Assembly (NCBI GenBank): GCA_001938485.1
Contig: MQRK01249634.1
Span: 1-62,459, forward strand
Length of the DNA: 62,459 bases
Direction: 5' to 3'
From: Girardia tigrina
Taxonomy: Eukaryota
Positions 26,287 through 39,743 of this stretch are shown one piece after another. The position numbers were made by a program, and so were the translations under genes. Positions within the stretch are counted from its first letter, which is position 1. Every line of letters starts with the position of its first letter. The notes under the pieces were generated by a model, which did not search any database, was not told the DNA's origin, and saw nothing but the letters and a program-made list of their open reading frames with translations.

Positions 26287-26708
26287 ATCGTTGCGCTACT
26301 CTTCCTATTTTGTATGTTAATCAATGAGATATGGTGTCTGAATTACCTATGTAAAAGAGCTAATTGAGAGGGATGTTTCAGTGAGCTCTCTTAATCAAAG
26401 ATATAAATGAATATAAAAGGTAAATTTTAATTTAACGAAATTATATTAAAAATAAAATACAAACAGAAATATCACAAAGAAGAAAACGAAACAGGAAAAA
26501 GTTGATAGGAATTCTTTGTTTTGAGTGTGGTCTGGGAGTTATTTGAAGAGCAAAAGCTTGAAAGATAATGACTGATAATATTATTCCGATTTTTATTGTG
26601 GTAATTTATTGACTGGGTTTCTTTTGACACGAGATATCTGATAACTGACTGTCGGAAGTGTATATTGAATTTTGTATTTGAAAAAGAGTATGAATAAACA
26701 CGGTAGAG

Positions 26709-26870
26709 AAATGAATTAATTCGGAAAATAAATAAATCATTCCAGAAGATAAATTTAAGTAGTATTAAATTAGAATATAAATGAATTAATTCGGAAGATA
26801 AATTAATGATTCAAGAAGATAAATTTAATTAGTATTAAATTAAAAGATAAATGAATTAATTTAGAATATA
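26709..26870. repeat. ~70-bp tandem repeat, about 2.3 copies
   Basis: The unit aaatgaattaattcggaa...agtattaaattagaatat recurs at 26709, 26779 and 26849. Confidence 0.8.
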
Positions 26871-26989
26871 AGTAAACTAAACCAGCAGATAAATTGCAAA
26901 AAAGATAAGATGTTTTAATTAATTAAATTTATTTTTATAACAAGTTTTATCCATAAAAATTACATTTTACATTTTTTAAAATAATTAGT

Positions 26990-27815
26990 TGGCAACACTT
27001 CATTTGTATTGCGCTTCTTAGGCATTGGAACAGGCATTTTTTCCAAAGCAAATGTGATTTCTGCTGGGCGACCACGCTTCTGTTTTATATCCAATGGTAT
27101 ATTTTGCGCTCTCAATGGTATTTACGTGTATTCATAGCGGCAGGCAAGCAGTACAAAATGTTTGCAGATATATTTTTTTTGGAATTCACTGCAGTTGCAT
27201 GTGCTAAACGTCCAATTGTCCTTATCTTTCATTAAACATAGTTCCCAGAAACGCGACTGCATGTCCTTGAACGAATCAAAATCAGTCTAGTTGAGTTTAT
27301 CTTTTAACCTTCTATATTCTTTTAAATCTGCTTTGAAATTTGTAGCAATAGTTCGACCTAACGCCATGTAATGAATCTTCTCTTTGTTTTTTGACATCAC
27401 TGTTGTCATTTCTCTTTGAGTGGTGTTGTATGTTTTAAGTCACAGTTCGGGACTAATTGGTTTTTCCGGATTCCTATTGATCGACCAATCTTTGACAATT
27501 TTAGACTGAACTAATTCCAGAAAGCGAGCCAATGATAAACGCTTGCGAGTTGTTCCTTCTTTCTTTATCATACCATTAATTGATTCTAAGCCATTATTTG
27601 TGCTTGGTAATCATGGCGCAAATCCTTTATACCAACCCGGATGTTTTGTGTACCACTCTTTGTCGAAATATTGAAGGAATTGATTGCCCTTTAGATCATT
27701 CCACTTTTTCTTAAACAACTGGGAATTCTTTGTCAAATATCTCTTTAGATTCGGGTAGCTGTAGAATAGAGATATCGTAACTCAACCGAGCTTTATTGTC
27801 TTTCGATAGAATCTA
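26990..27815 (-). pseudogene. MULE transposase C-terminal fragment with SWIM finger
   Basis: The minus strand reads LPSTNNGLESINGMIKKEGTTRKRLSL and CNCSEFQKKYICKHF...KQKRGRP. Confidence 0.85.
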
Positions 27816-28568
27816 TTTAAAAGATTCTAATTGAAGTATAGAATATGTAATTGTTTTGTGGAAAATAAATTTTTTTCATAAAAACCAAACTTTTTAAACA
27901 AAATTCTGAAAACTTGCGGGGATCGTTATACTTGGGTATGTCAAAAAGACCAGATTTTGGATTCTAAAGTTGGAAGAGCATTATACTTCGGTGATTACGG
28001 TATAAAAGTATAAGTATATAAGTAAAATAAATAAATAAGAATATTTTTTTCTATAAATATAGATTAATAATTATAAAAAAGTGAACTGACAGATAACAGA
28101 ATAGTATAAATTCACTTTTATACGTATTAAAAATAAATAAAAAAATATTGTTTAAAGTAAATATTATAATTAACACATAATAATTAACAGATAGAGCAAT
28201 AACGAAGGATAAACAAACAAATTACACTAAAAAGGAAATGGCTTTGGAGGAGAATTGAGGTATATAAAAAAATAATAATATAAAAATAAATTATAATTTA
28301 TAAATATATAATTTATAAATTATAATTTTACATAAATAATTATTTATGTTAATTCTGTTTATTGCCTTTATTAAGATTTTATTTCACTTTATTTAAAAAA
28401 TCAATTTACTGCGATTTTTGAGTAAAAACATTTGCATTTAAAAAATGTCCAATATATTTTACACCAAATAATCTAGAAAATTTCAAATAAAAGCAAAAAC
28501 GATTTCTAAGACATCTGTGTAAAGAATTTGTGTACTTTGTGACGTAATTGAAAAATACTGCCATTTTT

Positions 28569-28645
28569 AATTTTATAGTTGGGGGTCGCCACAACATTGG
28601 GAATTGTATTAAGTGTCATGGTACTATAAAGATTGAAAACCGCTG
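28569..28645 (-). mobile_element. hAT (Charlie/SPIN-like) terminal fragment
   Basis: Minus strand CAGCGGTTTTCAATC...TTAATACAATTCCCAATGTTGTGGCGACCCCCAACTATAAAATT resembles the SPIN/URR1 terminus as recalled from memory. Confidence 0.65.
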
Positions 28646-28761
28646 GTGTCCATGTATAGAAGCGTAAAAAATGTAGGAATTTGTTTATGCATAAATGTTT
28701 TTTCTATTTTAAAAGTTTTACCGTGTATATTTTTTTGATTATTTAATAATAATATCCTTAG

Positions 28762-29061
28762 GTCTATGCGGATAAGAAAATGAAAGGTGAAAGTTGGAGT
28801 GATAGATGCCAGTCTGGAATGACATCTGGAAAATACAACTGGGATCATCAATTGTCTGTCAAAAGCTCATTAGATAACTTCAATAGAACAAATTCTAATA
28901 GTTTACATACACCATCATCAACTCATACTACAAATGCTTGGAGTGATAATTTAAGTCCGAATGATACAGCATTTAATATTTTAACCAACCTAAGCAATAA
29001 TGATTCTTTAATTTTTGACGCTGATGATGAAGATATTTTGGGAGTTGATTCTTTAGAAATG
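28762..29061 (+). CDS. gli: Gli exon following the zinc fingers
   Basis: ccttag|VYADKKMKG... continues HGPQ in phase 0, matching the Ci/Gli HG.E.YANKKHKG block. S/N/T-rich; GT donor at 29062. Confidence 0.88.
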
Positions 29062-29109
29062 GTAATTCATTTTTAATTTAGTATTCTTAAACATAAGTTT
29101 TAATTACTT

Positions 29110-32100
29110 AGCTTTATTTTTTATACTTAAATAAATAAGTCACTGACTGCTTTCTGAATAATCTGTCACGCAATCTATCGGCTGCTCGTCTTCTTGATCA
29201 AAACTTTCACTACAGTCACCTGCGTTCTTGCCCTTCACGACCCCTCGTGAAGCCGTCGGACCCTCTACTGAAGTTATTTAACTGTCTTCAGTCACGTGCC
29301 TACCGTGCTACACGTGGTACAAAATTTCGTCAGTCTCCCCTTAATGATGGTGGCGGAACCCACTCCAAACTGCACAACTCAACTATGTCGTGCAAATTTA
29401 TTTCGCTAGTTTCACAAATACAGCGTTTCTACTTGTACGTTCCGCTGTGTGTTCGATTCTACGGGACGTCGAAAGCTGATCTTCGAAATTAACCGGCAGA
29501 GGCAATCGCCGCCGCTGCGCAAACATTGTTGATGCTCGAATTCGGAGAGGTGTTTTACAATGCCATCATGTTATCGATCAGATTTCTACTCTGATCTATC
29601 ATGCGCTTGATTGTTTGGTAACAGTAATTGATGATTTTGTTCCTGCAAAGCTGATTTCCGTACATAAACCGCATCTCGATACCCATCCCCGATAACAACT
29701 TCCAAATTGCCGCTTTAGCAGTAACTCCTATGGTGGGATGAATTCATTGAACACAACCTGAGAAGAATTACAGAAATTCCCGTCGCTTTCTAAAATGATT
29801 TTCCTCCGCACCAAGAATCAACCTTACAATCAACAAGTACCATATCGTTTCCCCTGATTGTGTGTATGACATGCATGGTGAAGCACTACCACGTTTCCTT
29901 GAAGCTGATCTTCGAAAATAACCGGCAGAGGCAGTCGCCGTCGCTGCGCAAACATTGTTGATGCTCAAATTTGGATCACCTTTCTCCCCTTCACTGGAGA
30001 GGGATCGATCGACGCACAACGAAGACATACCTTCACCACTGCGTCGACTTGTATCTCAGTGACTCGTCCTGGGCTCCAGGAAGCCAGAAGCACTATTATG
30101 AATCTCGTGCAGCGTTTCTAGGTTTTCCACTGACTCTCGCTCCCCCCATTAATCCTTATGACCGCCAATTCCAGTGACTTTCGTTGCTGACAACCAGTCA
30201 CTGGGTACCCGAGTGAGGCGATCTGCTTTGTTCTCCACTGAACCCACCAACTTCCACTTCAATTGCAGCCGCTCTTCTTCGATTATCTGCTTGATAGTGC
30301 TGATGCGAATTTTTACCAGCCATTCACTTATTCCACTGAATTTGACTGGTCCATCACCCGTCATTATATTCGTCAACCACCAGAACACTAAGGCGGAGTC
30401 GTTCATGATCTCGAAGTAATTCAGACCCATCGATACAATCACCTTTATCGCCTCATTTGTCGCTTCGAGATTTGCCAGGTTGATGTGAGCAACGTCATCG
30501 TCCTTGGCAGCTACGAGGCGTTCTCTACTAATGCTTCCACTATTTCTGCAAAAATATGGGTCGCGATTGATTTTGCGTCACACCACCCGCGACCTTGACA
30601 GTGGTCAGAAACTTTCCATCTATCGTTCATCAGATCATCTATCTCGAATCGCTTTGCCAATCTCTGTGTGATGTCCCCTACGCGCGGTCCCACGACATCA
30701 TCCATCAGCTGTTGCAGGTCTATTCTTTAAGAAAAGATTAAATGGCCCACCAGCTGACCGACCCGCGAAAACGATTTTTGTAGCGTTAAACTATCCGGTA
30801 ATTCAAACATTTTGTCATCCAGATACCATAGCAGTTCACCGTCAGTCTCGCGCACCTCGAGTCCGAGCACTCCTCCTTCGTTAATTTTCACCGGTGGCTT
30901 TGTTTCGAGCCTGAAACTGTTAAAAACAACCTAGAGGCTCAGCCTTACTTATCTCAACTGTAATGTCGTTATAGTATACGTCTGCAGCTTTCACCACCTG
31001 CTGATCCATCAATGATGTGCCTCATGATTTTTGGCACAACTGAAACCCAATCGCTTCAAGCAGTACTCCTGTCCTCTGTGTCTAATTATTTTATTCGTCA
31101 CAATCTGGATATATAATCGCTTCAAGTCGATTATTTCGAGCTACTTCCCAATCTTTTATTAGCTACGCCGATTTTCTGCGCAAACCAGGTTCTCTGTGGT
31201 GTAGTTGGACATGAATTCGTTAAAGACTCAGTAGCTCAGCACTTTTCTCATTTTCTCTTGGCCGCTGCACTGTTGCATGAGCGGAAGAATCGCTTTTGCC
31301 TTGGCCTTGAACGGGATGAAGCATTTATTGTTCTTCCATTCCAACAGCTCCTGGCTCACTTCTTCTTCCTACTGCTTTGCTGGCACATATGCAGCGGCTT
31401 TACGTCGCGGTCCACGAGCGGCCATCGAACTCGGCCAAAAAATCGATGTCTTCAAACCGCGTACGCACCGGTTGCTTCATGACGGTCATCGATACCCAGG
31501 GTTTGATCCATCCAAATTTTGGGACTCAACCTCTGTCTTGTACTCACATACCGAGTTAATTGATCGCGTTCATCACGAGAAGAATCTTAGTCCTTTGATC
31601 TGACAACATCCGGTACTACTAAAACGCGGCATTCAATCCGCTTTCGTCGAACTCGATCGGCATCGTTGCCCTAAGCCACACTTCGATTTTACGTACCGAT
31701 TTCTCCACTTGGTCCAATTTTGCCGGTGGAACTACCACTTTCGCAACGACTGTTTTCAAACAGTCCGTGTCGACTGTCCTTCGCATACATTCATCAAAAT
31801 AAGTTGCAGCTGCGTGTCACCGTACCCAAGCCATACCCTGCAAGAACCCTCTTGCGATGTGATCCGCCAGGCCGCAACTGAAGCATCTTCGCTTCTGCTA
31901 TGGCCATCGGTTTGAGGCTTGTTATGCTGTGTACTGGGTGCGCCGCTTCAAGGTCGCATATTCAAGTGTAAAATGCCATCTCCCGACACAGCAATAACAT
32001 TTCGACTCACTAGTATCTGATAACGCGAGCTAAATGAACCACCATTTCAAAATTTGATGTTTTCCCAGAGCCTCAGCTTACACACTTCTCATGACCGCAT

Positions 32101-32350
32101 AGGGTAGCCCTTTAATAAGAAGCCTCCGCACCAGATTACGGCCGCTGATCGTTTTGAGTCGATTATAAAGAAGTTCACTTTCTAGCCGAACACCAGTGTC
32201 GGGAGGCGGACTTCACCCATATTGGGCTTGGGGTAAAAGATTTCATGAGTGCGACGGCACTCTCTTCGAAATCCAGTTGCATCGCCTTGTTAAAACCCCG
32301 GAACACGATCGAAATTATAACGCTGAGTTTTTGTGCCACACTGCTTACCG
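29110..32350 (-). mobile_element. Decayed, GC-richer LTR retrotransposon of a distinct lineage, in a Gli intron
   Basis: RT/RNaseH remnants (WCDAKSIA, AHINLANLEA, MNDSALVFWWL, VGSVENKADRLTRVP), integrase-core remnant at ~29550-29730, purine-rich tract then TGTAGT LTR start at 29214. Confidence 0.75.
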
Positions 32351-32429
32351 CGTTATGAAAAATAGATTAAAATAAAAGGCCATAAAAACAATCATTTATT
32401 CGTTTAAATCATTAACTCACAAAGCACCT

Positions 32430-34342
32430 ATGTATTTATATATGTAATTAAAATTCAAAAATATCAATTCAAAATTAGTCCATTTGATTTTTCATTTTAT
32501 TATAGAGAAATAAGTTAATTTACTTTGCTTTTTCCCTTCCAGCTATTTTTACTTTGCAAAGTATAGGAGATTTCACGAGTGAATTATTCTATCTGAATCA
32601 CAGTCCTTCAATTCAAATCATTTAATAGTTGACTCCAATGATTTTACAAAATCAGAAACAGAAAGCACTGCAGCAGTAATGTCAATGTTATATCCTGGTT
32701 TTCTTTAACTTTATTTACAATTTAATTTTCATTCATCATATCGTCTCTTGCATCACCCTCTTCCAAATAGATGTTAAGATGTCTTTATCAGAAAGGATTT
32801 ATAAAATCTGAATTTACTCATTAAAATTCAACCAGTGGTTAAAATATAATAGGTTGTTGCAAAAGTAATGCAGGTTTTTAATTTTTTGTAATAACCGCAA
32901 TGTTATACGACTAAAGTATGTATGATGTTATATAATGTATTAAGTCATTTGAAAGCTTAATTTATACTCTTTCAGATATATTTGTCTGAAACGTATTATA
33001 ATGTTTCTATTGTTAATAATTTCGATTTTAATTGCAGATGTCAAAACGTGATTTTTGCAACATTTACTTCTACGAGTTCAAGCTAGGGTGTAATGCAGCT
33101 CAAACCGCTCAAAACATCAACGAAGTTTGGGGTAAGAGAAGTGTCAATGAATTAATGGTGCAGCGCTGGTATCAAAGGTTTCGTTCTGGCAATACCAGCC
33201 TAGAAGATGAGCTCATGGTAGCCGCCCATCCACGATTTACAATGATGAATTGAAGGAGCTGGTGGAAGGCGATCCACGCACAACTGTTCGAGCACTCACA
33301 GAAGAGCCTAATGTTGATCTCTCAACTATTTCTCGGCATTTGAAGCAAATGTGAAAGTTTTAAAAGCTCGATAAATGGGTGCCTCACAAATTGTACGAAA
33401 GTAAAAAAATCGTCGTTTTGAGGTGTCTTCCGTGCTTCTTCTGCGCAAGAAGAACGAAAAGTTTCTTGATCGGATTGTGACGTATGATGAAAAGTGGATT
33501 CTTACGAGAATCGGCAACGTTCGACACAATGGTTGGATCGCGATGAGGCTCCTCACCACTTTCAGAAACCGAAACTCCACCAAAAGAAGGTTATGGTGAC
33601 TGTTTGGTGGTCTGCAGCTGGTCTCATTCATCACATCTTTCTGACTACGGGTGAAACGATCACCGCAGAGAAGTACTGCCAACAAATTGACAAAATGCAT
33701 CACGAGCTCCGACGTATGTGCCCGAGATTGGTCAATATGAAGGGGCTACGCCCGGCGACACATAGCAAAACCGACCTTACAAAAGCTTATAGAATTGGGC
33801 TACGAAATTCTGCCTCATTCACCCTACTATCCGGATCTCTCGCCCACCGACTACCATTTTTTCAAGAATCTGGACAACTTCCTCCAGGGAAAATGCTTCA
33901 AAAACCAAGACGACGCCAAAAAAGCGTTTAACGTTTTCATTGCATCCAGAATATAGGAGTTCTACACTAGGGGCATCAATAAATTTGTTTCTCATTGGCA
34001 AAAATATATTGATTCTGATGGTTTTTATTTCGATTTATAAAGTTTATTCTGGGCTGAGTAACATTTGTTTCAAGTTTAGGTTGTTTTTGCATTGTTTTTA
34101 CAACAACCTAATAAATAGGATAAATTTACATATTCCTTTTGAAGAATCTGTTGAAAATAGGTCTGTTTGACATTAGAAAACGTTAACGTAGTAGTATGTT
34201 TCGTGCAATGTACTTAATTTTAATTAAAAGTTATGCAACAGTAAAAATACTAGGAATTAATGAATGATTACCTTCGAATGAATGAATTCAAATCTTGGGA
34301 CACAGGTTCTAACCGAATTTTCATTATAATATGGGTCCACTG
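32430..34342 (-). mobile_element. Internally deleted pogo/Tigger-like element hosting the mariner insertion
   Basis: Minus-strand end TA|CAGTGGACCC at 34342 and a Tigger-type C-terminal KKQSKLTYF at ~32510-32535. Confidence 0.5.
32849..34111 (+). mobile_element. Full-length but decayed mariner
   Basis: TIRs aggttgttgcaaaagtaatgca / tgcattgtttttacaacaacct, TA flanks. Fragments WVPHKL, TYDEKW, KLHQKKVMVTVWW, YYPDLSPTDY with stops and frameshifts. Confidence 0.92.
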
Positions 34343-34389
34343 TAATTTCCTTTAAACTGAATGAACTTTAGATAGCGATATAAAGGAAA

Positions 34390-34735
34390 TATATCGTATG
34401 ACAGAATACAGGGCTAATCGAGCATAGACGTGATAATACAAGGTATAATGAAGGATTGTTTATTAGACATAGGTGCAAGAATAAATGTCATTAGCGGCAA
34501 GACGTTTGGGAAATTTATAAAACGTGAAATAAGAAAAGACAGATATTTTCCATTTTATTATAGCAGTGTTATCCCAGAAGACAAGAATGGACATGAGGGC
34601 AAGGGGGTTATTTGATATGGTTTACACGTCATGAATAATCAAGAAAATGATATTTTATACCTCGGAAAGAATTATTGGCAATGTATTACTTTTGTCAAAC
34701 TTTTTAATCATTATTTGTACGGAAAACGATTCAAG
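34390..34735 (+). pseudogene. Short Gypsy protease and RNaseH scraps
   Basis: CLLDIGARINVI, then RKELLAMYYFCQTFNHYLYGKRF. Confidence 0.75.
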
Positions 34736-37449
34736 GAATTTCTCAGCTGAAAAGCTCTGTTTTCATAAAGTAACATGCATTTAAGTCAGTAGTTAAAAAA
34801 CTGCATTGTATTTGAAAACCCCTTTTTAAAAATCTGATTAACTGCTAATATATGCATTCCGTCAGTATGACAGTGTATAGCTTATATATGTTACCATGAA
34901 AGATACTTACCATTTCATAAAGCTACTTCGGAAAAAGTAAATCAACAAGTTGCGCGCTTATATATGAGTATAAACAAATAATAAAATCATCATAAATCAT
35001 TATAAATCATTACCATAATTAAAATCTTTGCTTAAATTAAATTATATATACCGACACTGTAATATATCCTTCCTTTTGTCAACACAAAAGACTTAAACTT
35101 GGTTTTTATTTGTTTAATGAATGTATAGAAATACTATAGGTTGATACTCTATATACTATTTTCAATTAGGGGGCTTCAGAAAAGGCTTGATCTCATTTGG
35201 GGGGGACCTGCCGAACAAAACCTGATATAAATGAAATTTAAGTTAATAAATTTAAAATCAAATAAACATTTATTAAAATTAAATATTAAAAATATCAGTT
35301 TCCATCGGAACAAGACAATTAAGTCTCAAAAATTAAGTCTCGGATATTAAAAATTGAAGAAATGAAAAATTCAAGTAAATTTGAGAAATATATTTAATAT
35401 ATAAGAATGTAAAATAATATAAGAAAATATAAACAAACAATCTGAGATTTAATTTTTTTTTGAGTATGATGAATTAGTTAATTTTCATTTCGCTGATCAA
35501 GATTTAAATAATTAAAAATTATTTAAGATTAAAATCAAATTAAAAACTTTGTGTCAAATATTTTAAATAATACTTTAAAATTGTGTTTTTAATTTTTTCT
35601 AAATTTTACTGGAATCGTTTATTTTTAAAATTTATTTTACAAATTTGTAAATTATTTTAAAAAATTAAGTTTAAAAAAAATAAATCTGAAGCTTAATTGT
35701 CGGACTCTGTTTCCATATATCATAACCAAACAAAAAACTAATTAAATGATTTTTAATAATAAGAAAATATTATCCGCGTCCAAACATCACATACCGTTAA
35801 AAGTGTATTTCTAGAATCTATACCTTCACAACTCGAATGGTATAGTAAAGATACAATTCCGTACTATAAGAGAATATTTAAATGCGTCACTCCGAGAGAA
35901 AACATGGATAGATTTAGAAGACCAGCTTTCAGAAAAAGAATTTACATTAGATTAAATTTATACCTGTTGAATGCGTTATCCTTTTTCTTCGAAATTTCTT
36001 CTAGGGTTCAAATAACTTTTTTCATTCTCCGTACATCGTGTTTTATTTATTTTGAATTAAATATGTCTCTTCTCTACATTTTGAATATTTTGGATCATAG
36101 TCAACTCCTCAAAAGCTTCGATCTCCGTGAACTCTTCTTTGTGACTCATTTGCATCTTAATGCGTATTTTGTTATCCTCCCTTCATCAATTAATATTCTT
36201 TTCTAGAACATTTCATTTACGACTTCAAGAGTCTTTTATCAACCAATAATTCTTTTTTCATTAAATTCTATTTGTCTCCAATAAATGAAAATGAAACATT
36301 AACAGATTTTAAGACATGCTTTTCTCATCCCCCATAATTCTTTGTACCATATATTCACCGTCTCCTCTTAGACAAACATTATTATTAGTATGATATCAAA
36401 TTTCATTAAATATCCTCGAGTCTTTACTCTATCGTAATGTAAATTACGCTTATTAACGCGGATGACGTTAGTTTATTGCCGAGGGTAACATGATCTTGTA
36501 AATAAATGTCAATTCGATATTATTAATGAAAATTGTATTTTTATTCGGGTTTACAAAATTTCTTCATGCTATTAAATACTGATTATAAGGAATTAATTAA
36601 AATTTTCGATTCGCTGAATAATTTAATGTTTTTAATTTAAATTTTTTTCAAAAATTAAATAATAAAAAATCAGAGTTTAAAATCAAAAAAATCTAAAAGT
36701 TGATATATTTCAGTAGTAAATTGTAAAATAAGAACTTAAAAAAAAATAATACATTAAATAAAAGTTATTGCGTAAATTTATACATCAAGCCGCTACAAAC
36801 GTTTTTTATGAAATTAAATAGCTTTTTACAAATTAATTTTAAAATTAGATGTTTATATAAATGTTAAAATAATTTTATTGTTTTTCGAAAATTTTTAAAA
36901 ATACATAATAAAGACTTAGTTTAAATAAAAATTTCAACAAATAGTATGGGTTTATTAATAAATATTTTTAAAATTTTTTTCAGTTGATTGCATCTTATTT
37001 AAATGAAATAAATTAATTTTATAGGTAATAAAATTTTATAAAAGCATTCTAAAAATGATAAAAAAGTTTTAATTAAAAAGAAAAGTTCAAAAATATGTTA
37101 TCGAATATAATAAATTATTTTTTTAAGTTTTTACAAATTCATTGGATTTTATTTAATAATAATATTATTAAATTAATTTTATTTGTCATATAATTTTAAC
37201 AATGCATTTTTAAAATAATAAAAATTTGACCTAGTAAAAATTCAAAAATAAGTTATAGAATATAATAAATTATTTTTAAAGTTTAGAATGATTTTTACAA
37301 ATTGAAAAGTAAAATAAAATTTATGAAGCGAGACGAAAATTTTAATTAACGAAAAATTGTTTGAAAATTTCGAGTTGTGATATTGATAAAAATTTTGGTG
37401 TTGAATTATGGGTGTTGAAACTGATAATAATGAAAGTGGCATAAACGTA

Positions 37450-39000
37450 CACCGATATTTGGAAATATGACTCTCATTACTATAAAACCTAGAGTATGAT
37501 TCATAAGTCTGTTCACCCCCTCATATTTTGATTACTTCTTTTCTAACTAAAAATTTGACGTCATATTGATTTTGAATATTTGTTTATATATTGTTTTTTT
37601 ATGCAACATATTTGAATTTATATGTTAAATATTGAAATTTTCATTAATGACTTATTTTTTTAAATTTTAGATAAATTAAATGTCAAGAGTATTTAGTGAA
37701 TTTGAGCGTGGAATGATTGTTGCGCTTAAAAATGCAGGAAGTACATGGAATCAAATAAAGGTCGAACTATTTACAAGATATAATAGAAATATTTCAAAAC
37801 GTAGAATGCAAAAAATATGGGTGAAGTATTTAAAAACAGGAGAAGTGAAAGGTCATCCACGTGTAGGCAGACCTCATAAACTAAGCGCCAGATCAGAAAG
37901 AGTGATTAAACACATAAGTCGTTTAAACAATGATATTTCCACGTTAAATATTACAAGGATATTTAATTCTTCTTCCTCAAGTAAGTTATAAGTAAGTCGA
38001 CAGTCGAAAGGATTTTACAGAAATATGGAATACGGGTATTCAAAGCTGTAAAGAAACCTTTCCTTACCGCTAAATAGAGACAAAGAAGAATGCAGTTGGC
38101 TTCATTATATCAAAATTGGGATAAAGAAACTTGGTATTCTGTTACATTTAGCGATGAATGCATTTTCCAATGTTATAATCATCGTGGTAGATCAGACGAA
38201 CTAGAAATGAAAGGTTCAAACCCGGAAACATCCATGAAACCATGAGCCACGGAGCCAAAGTTCATGTCTGGGGTGTTTTTCGGCAAACGGGGTAGGTCTT
38301 CTTAGAAAAGTAGAAGGTTCAATCAATGCTCAAATGTACCAGGAAACTATAATACATGACATTGATATTATTGGAAAGTGCTTGGTATTTCCAAAACAAC
38401 AATTCATTTTTCAGCAAGATCTTGCACCACCACACCGTGCACTGTCGACATTTAATTTCTTAAAAAAGAAGGAAGTCAATCTTTTACCATGGCCAGCCAA
38501 TTCACCAGACGCAAATCCTATCGAAAATGTATGGGGACTTTTAAAAAGGAAATTATAGACGATAAGGTACACATCGTCAGAACAGCTGTGGGTGGCTGTT
38601 CAAAAAATATGGTACGAAATATGAAAAGACTATTGTAAGTCTTGTTGAATCCATGCCTAGGCGAATGAAAATGATAAAGGACATGAAAGAGCATTCAACT
38701 ATGTATTGAAAGTTCCACATAATAAATAATTTGTTAAAAATTTGATCTTTTTCTCAAAAAATAAGGGGAGTGAACAGACTTATGAATCATACTGTACTTT
38801 ATTTTTGTTTGTCCAATTGTCACTTCCAATTTTACATGTGACTTTTTCTATGTTTCTATTTGCAAAATCAATCATAGATTTGCCAGGATAAATTTACAAA
38901 TTTGGGCTATTCTTCTTAAGCTTTTCCAAGTCTTCTTTCTTAATTACATTCAAATCGGCCAGGGTATCAATAGTAACAATGTTTACTTTCTTTTCCAATA
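37450..39000 (-). pseudogene. Retroviral-type aspartic protease remnant, split by the Tc1 insertion
   Basis: Minus strand VNIVTIDTLADLNVIKKE at ~38990-38940, then VKLEVTIGQTKIK. Resumes across the TA site as VGFIVMRVIFPNIG at 37491-37450. Confidence 0.65.
37492..38794 (+). mobile_element. Tc1-like DD34E transposon, full length, decayed
   Basis: TIRs (g/c)agtatgattcataagtctgttcac, TA TSD at 37490-91 and 38795-96. Transposase fragments GRPHKLS, FSDEC, QQDLAPPH, SPDANPIENVW (34-residue spacing). Confidence 0.95.
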
Positions 39001-39305
39001 TTTCATTATGGACAATGCGTTTGTTACTCGCTTTTTCTTTTTTTCGTGCTAGAAATCAATGATTGGTTGTCTACAGCATATTTCGATTTACTATTGAGAT
39101 CATTATTAAAATCTACAATACTCAATATTTTTTCTGCTTTATAGTCCTTGTTTCATCTGAATTCCGAAGATAGGGGTCGGGCGCATTCGGACCCATAGGA
39201 ATGGGCCTCACTTGACAGCTTTTTGCTAGAACCTTAGCTTTAATAATAACCACATTTCTGGTTCCCGATGATTTAAAATTTTCATCCGCAACTGTTGGAA
39301 CTTCT

Positions 39306-39716
39306 TCAACAGTTTGTGTGGTTCTGAAAGCGGGAATGACGATGTTCTTGCTTGACCAAAAGATCCATCACTTCACCGAAAGTAACAAATTTTGAAGCAA
39401 GCCACCATATAAGGGGTATTATTGTGTGGTGGTAGACATGAAGAAATGTTATTTGGTTGTTTTTCTTTTGAAGAATAAAGAAGACAGTGTCGAGTAGTTC
39501 TACCAATTTAGAGATATAGAAAATGTAAATAACCCAGGCTAACATTATCGAGTCGCGATAGTCACTGTAATCCACCGGATACCAGAACAGATTAAAGCCG
39601 GTATTCAAAAGAGCGTATTTTGCGAACAAAACACACATATACGCCGACCAAATGACCAACATGAGATTGTTGGATATTATGACGAATTTTAAATTGAACG
39701 TCGATCTATTGGTCAT
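39306..39716 (-). pseudogene. elovl: Intronless ELOVL fatty acid elongase fragment (central part)
   Basis: SKLVELLDTVFFILQKKNNQITFLHVYHH (KxxExxDT and HxxHH motifs). Lacks the N-terminus and the C-terminal half. Confidence 0.9.
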
Positions 39717-39743
39717 TCATTATCAATATTATTTAAACAACAA

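Noticed and set aside
27915-28003. Pogo/Tc2-like terminus ending TACGGTA
   Set aside because: No matching opposite end or coding remnant identified; too weak to list.
32567-32708. Candidate Gli exon (SETESTAAVMSMLYPGFL)
   Set aside because: Needs a 25-nt intron to avoid a stop. The opposite strand is better explained as a pogo/Tigger transposase C-terminus.
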